A stretch of 41,770 bases of DNA. Origin: a virus. The translations under genes and the position numbers were made by a program. Where the stretch lies: IMG/VR virus record IMGVR_UViG_3300002568_000001; one strand, written 5' to 3'. Positions 40,153-41,770 of this stretch are shown here, in pieces; position 1 is the first letter of the stretch; each line of letters begins with the position of its first letter. The notes beneath the pieces are model-generated. The model did no database searches. It saw only the letters and a list, made by a program, of their open reading frames with translations, and had not been told where the DNA came from.

Positions 40153-40529
40153 TGCCCGACAAAGAACTGAGCCAAGGGTACATCAGGTCTAGGTACCGTG
40201 ACCTGGAGCCCCTTTCCAGCGATCAGGACAACAAGAGCTTCGCGCAGTACACGTCAGCGGCTCCCGTAACCCCTCTCGGGCACTTCGAGGTAACGGTGGA
40301 CTCAAGTGGAGAACTGCTTCCCAGCATCCCGGCAGAGGCCCGGAGGGCGGTTCTGTACTCCGTGACGGGCAACATCACGTTCACGGACACGGCGGGAGAC
40401 ACTCCTAGCGCCACGCACGGGATGATCATCCCCACTCAGACGGTGTTCGTTTACGACTCGGAGCCTACGGCGAGCTTTAAGCTCTGGGCGGCAAGCGCCA
40501 CAGTCGTCCGAATCGCTTACTACGGGTAA
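40152..40529 (+). CDS. Hypothetical virion-module protein (125 aa)
   Basis: The start overlaps the upstream stop (TAGTG). Beta-rich-looking sequence. Confidence 0.5.
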   Translation: MPDKELSQGYIRSRYRDLEPLSSDQDNKSFAQYTSAAPVTPLGHFEVTVDSSGELLPSIPAEARRAVLYSVTGNITFTDTAGDTPSATHGMIIPTQTVFVYDSEPTASFKLWAASATVVRIAYYG

Positions 40530-40555
40530 CCGCAGGCCAGTTCTAAACTGGGGTC

Positions 40556-41059
40556 ATGCCGAATGACACCCAGCGCGTCTCAGACGTTCTAGAAGTCTCT
40601 CTGGGGCGCGGAACGCTCCTCAAGGACGACCTGACAGGCGTGGCGAACGTTCTGGTGGAGGTTTTCGACTCCACGGGAGCACTCAAGGACTCCAGGGCGG
40701 TACACAACCTGGTCGTTGACGCCGGAAAGACCCATATCGCGGCTGTTATGTCCTCCGGCGGCGCTACAGCGATGGGTTGGATGGCTATCGGGACTGGATC
40801 CACGGCTCCAGCGGCCGGTAACACGGTTCTCGGCACGGAAATCGACCGAAACGCGCTCACTTCGCGCACTTCAGCGTCGAATGTGACCACTTACGTGGGC
40901 GACTGGGCGGCTGGAGACGGTACGAACGCTGCTATCGCGGAAGCGGGGATCTTCAACGCCTCTTCGGCGGGCACGATGCTCGCTCGCGCGACGTTCACAG
41001 CGATCAACAAGGGTGCTTCGGACACTTTGAAGATCACTTGGACGGTGACGTATTCGTGA
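40556..41059 (+). CDS. Structural (fibre/collar-like) protein (167 aa)
   Basis: The layout ...NLVVDAGKTHIAAVM...MAIGTGSTAPAAGNTVLGTEI...IAEAGIFNA...TLKITWTVTY resembles a widespread small phage tail/fibre-associated family. Recalled, not searched. Confidence 0.45.
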   Translation: MPNDTQRVSDVLEVSLGRGTLLKDDLTGVANVLVEVFDSTGALKDSRAVHNLVVDAGKTHIAAVMSSGGATAMGWMAIGTGSTAPAAGNTVLGTEIDRNALTSRTSASNVTTYVGDWAAGDGTNAAIAEAGIFNASSAGTMLARATFTAINKGASDTLKITWTVTYS

Positions 41060-41086
41060 GTCCATCTTATATGCTAATATTGAGGA

Positions 41087-41491
41087 ATGAAAACCTGCCC
41101 TCAATGCTCGACCGAGTTCGAGAAAACAACCAAATTCTGCTCAGCTAAGTGCTATTTCGCTCACCGAGTTAGGGAGAATCATCCCAACTGGAAGGGTGGA
41201 GGAGCGAGAAAGGCAAGCGAGGGATACATGAGAGTTTTGCTCTACCCCGAAGATCCCTTCTGGGAAATGGGGCGCCCGCATGGGCCTATCTCTAGAGATG
41301 TATTGGAGCACAGACTCGTTATGGCAAAGGCTCTTGGACGGCCTTTGCGAAACGGAGAAACAGTTCATCACAAGAACGGGATCAGAGACGACAACCGGAT
41401 CGAGAACTTGGAACTTCGTATTGGGAATCATGGGCGCGGCGCGGAGTTATGCTGTTTGGATTGTGGATCTCGTAACCTTGGCGCCCCCTAA
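41087..41491 (+). CDS. Free-standing HNH endonuclease with an N-terminal zinc ribbon (134 aa)
   Basis: CPQCSTEFEKTTKFCSAKC at the N-terminus. VHHKNGIRDDNRIENLEL is the HNH core. Confidence 0.85.
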   Translation: MKTCPQCSTEFEKTTKFCSAKCYFAHRVRENHPNWKGGGARKASEGYMRVLLYPEDPFWEMGRPHGPISRDVLEHRLVMAKALGRPLRNGETVHHKNGIRDDNRIENLELRIGNHGRGAELCCLDCGSRNLGAP

Positions 41492-41511
41492 CCCCTTCAT
41501 TTACTCGTAAA

Positions 41512-41770
41512 ATGCCAGCGAACCGTTACGGAACATCGATCACGAGGCAGCAGACCGACGCGAACACGTTGCAGATCGATGAGGACATCACATTCAACAA
41601 CGCCCGTGTCGGCGGTGTCCGAGTCGTGTTCACGTTCCTTGCGCCGGACGCACAGAAGCTTGCCGGGTTCACCGTCGTTTCGGCGACGGCGACGGCTACG
41701 CAGCTTGACCAGCAGGTCGATCTGACCTACGGCGGGACGGTGTTTATGCGTCTGTCGGTGTCGGCGCAGC
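41512..41770 (+). CDS. 5' portion of the 119-aa junction-spanning hypothetical protein (continues at 86..186)
   Basis: ATG 41512. The frame stays open to the window end and is in phase with frame 1 at the window start (41686-41512 = 174). Confidence 0.6.
   Translation, partial: MPANRYGTSITRQQTDANTLQIDEDITFNNARVGGVRVVFTFLAPDAQKLAGFTVVSATATATQLDQQVDLTYGGTVFMRLSVSAQ
41686..41770. repeat. Terminal direct overlap, identical to 1-85
   Basis: Exact 85-nt match to the window start. Confidence 0.95.

Noticed and set aside
1-41770. Prophage with integrase and att sites, or a temperate lifestyle
   Set aside because: I recognised no tyrosine or serine recombinase, excisionase or CI/Cro-like pair. The end repeat lies within a gene and is best explained by circular closure. 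Absence is based on motif reading only, so a profile search could still overturn it.

Overview
This window is a complete, circularly closing genome of a tailed dsDNA phage. The last 85 nt repeat the first 85 nt, so the unique length is 41,685 bp, and one ORF (41512 -> 186) runs in phase through the join. About 90 tightly packed, often translationally coupled genes (ATGA/GTGA/TAATG overlaps) lie in alternating-strand blocks. (a) Virion, fibre-like and internal/ejection-type proteins run from 37.8 kb through the junction to 12.1 kb, including a transglycosylase/M23-like virion hydrolase. (b) A lysis region follows. (c) A minus-strand nucleotide-metabolism/replication/recombination block spans 13.1-21.0 kb: HD hydrolase, metallophosphoesterase, RecA/DnaB-type ATPase, endonuclease VII, Dam-type methyltransferase, SLOG/DUF2493 and a Cas4-like nuclease. 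(d) A minus-strand head/packaging block spans 21.2-28.1 kb: scaffold-like gene, portal, TerL. (e) Clusters of very small early-type genes span 28.3-37.7 kb, with DUF932 and a second N6-adenine methyltransferase. I did not recognise a tape measure, tail tube/sheath, DNA polymerase, primase or integrase. A lytic podovirus-like phage, possibly of an actinobacterial host, is therefore inference only. The most notable observations are these. (1) The large terminase is interrupted by a 284-aa intein whose central part is dual-coding: a canonical HNH endonuclease with zinc ribbons is encoded in a different reading frame inside the intein. (2) The exact 11-mer CTCTCCCACTC occurs 13 times, in all three codon phases, with 12/13 copies co-oriented with transcription, including an inverted pair in the main divergent intergenic region. 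(3) There is also an iteron-like GGTC 8-mer array, a hairpin-dense 540-bp non-coding region, a tRNA-like cloverleaf, and a 46-bp out-of-frame tandem duplication just upstream of the portal gene. All family names come from motif recognition by eye, not from database searches.
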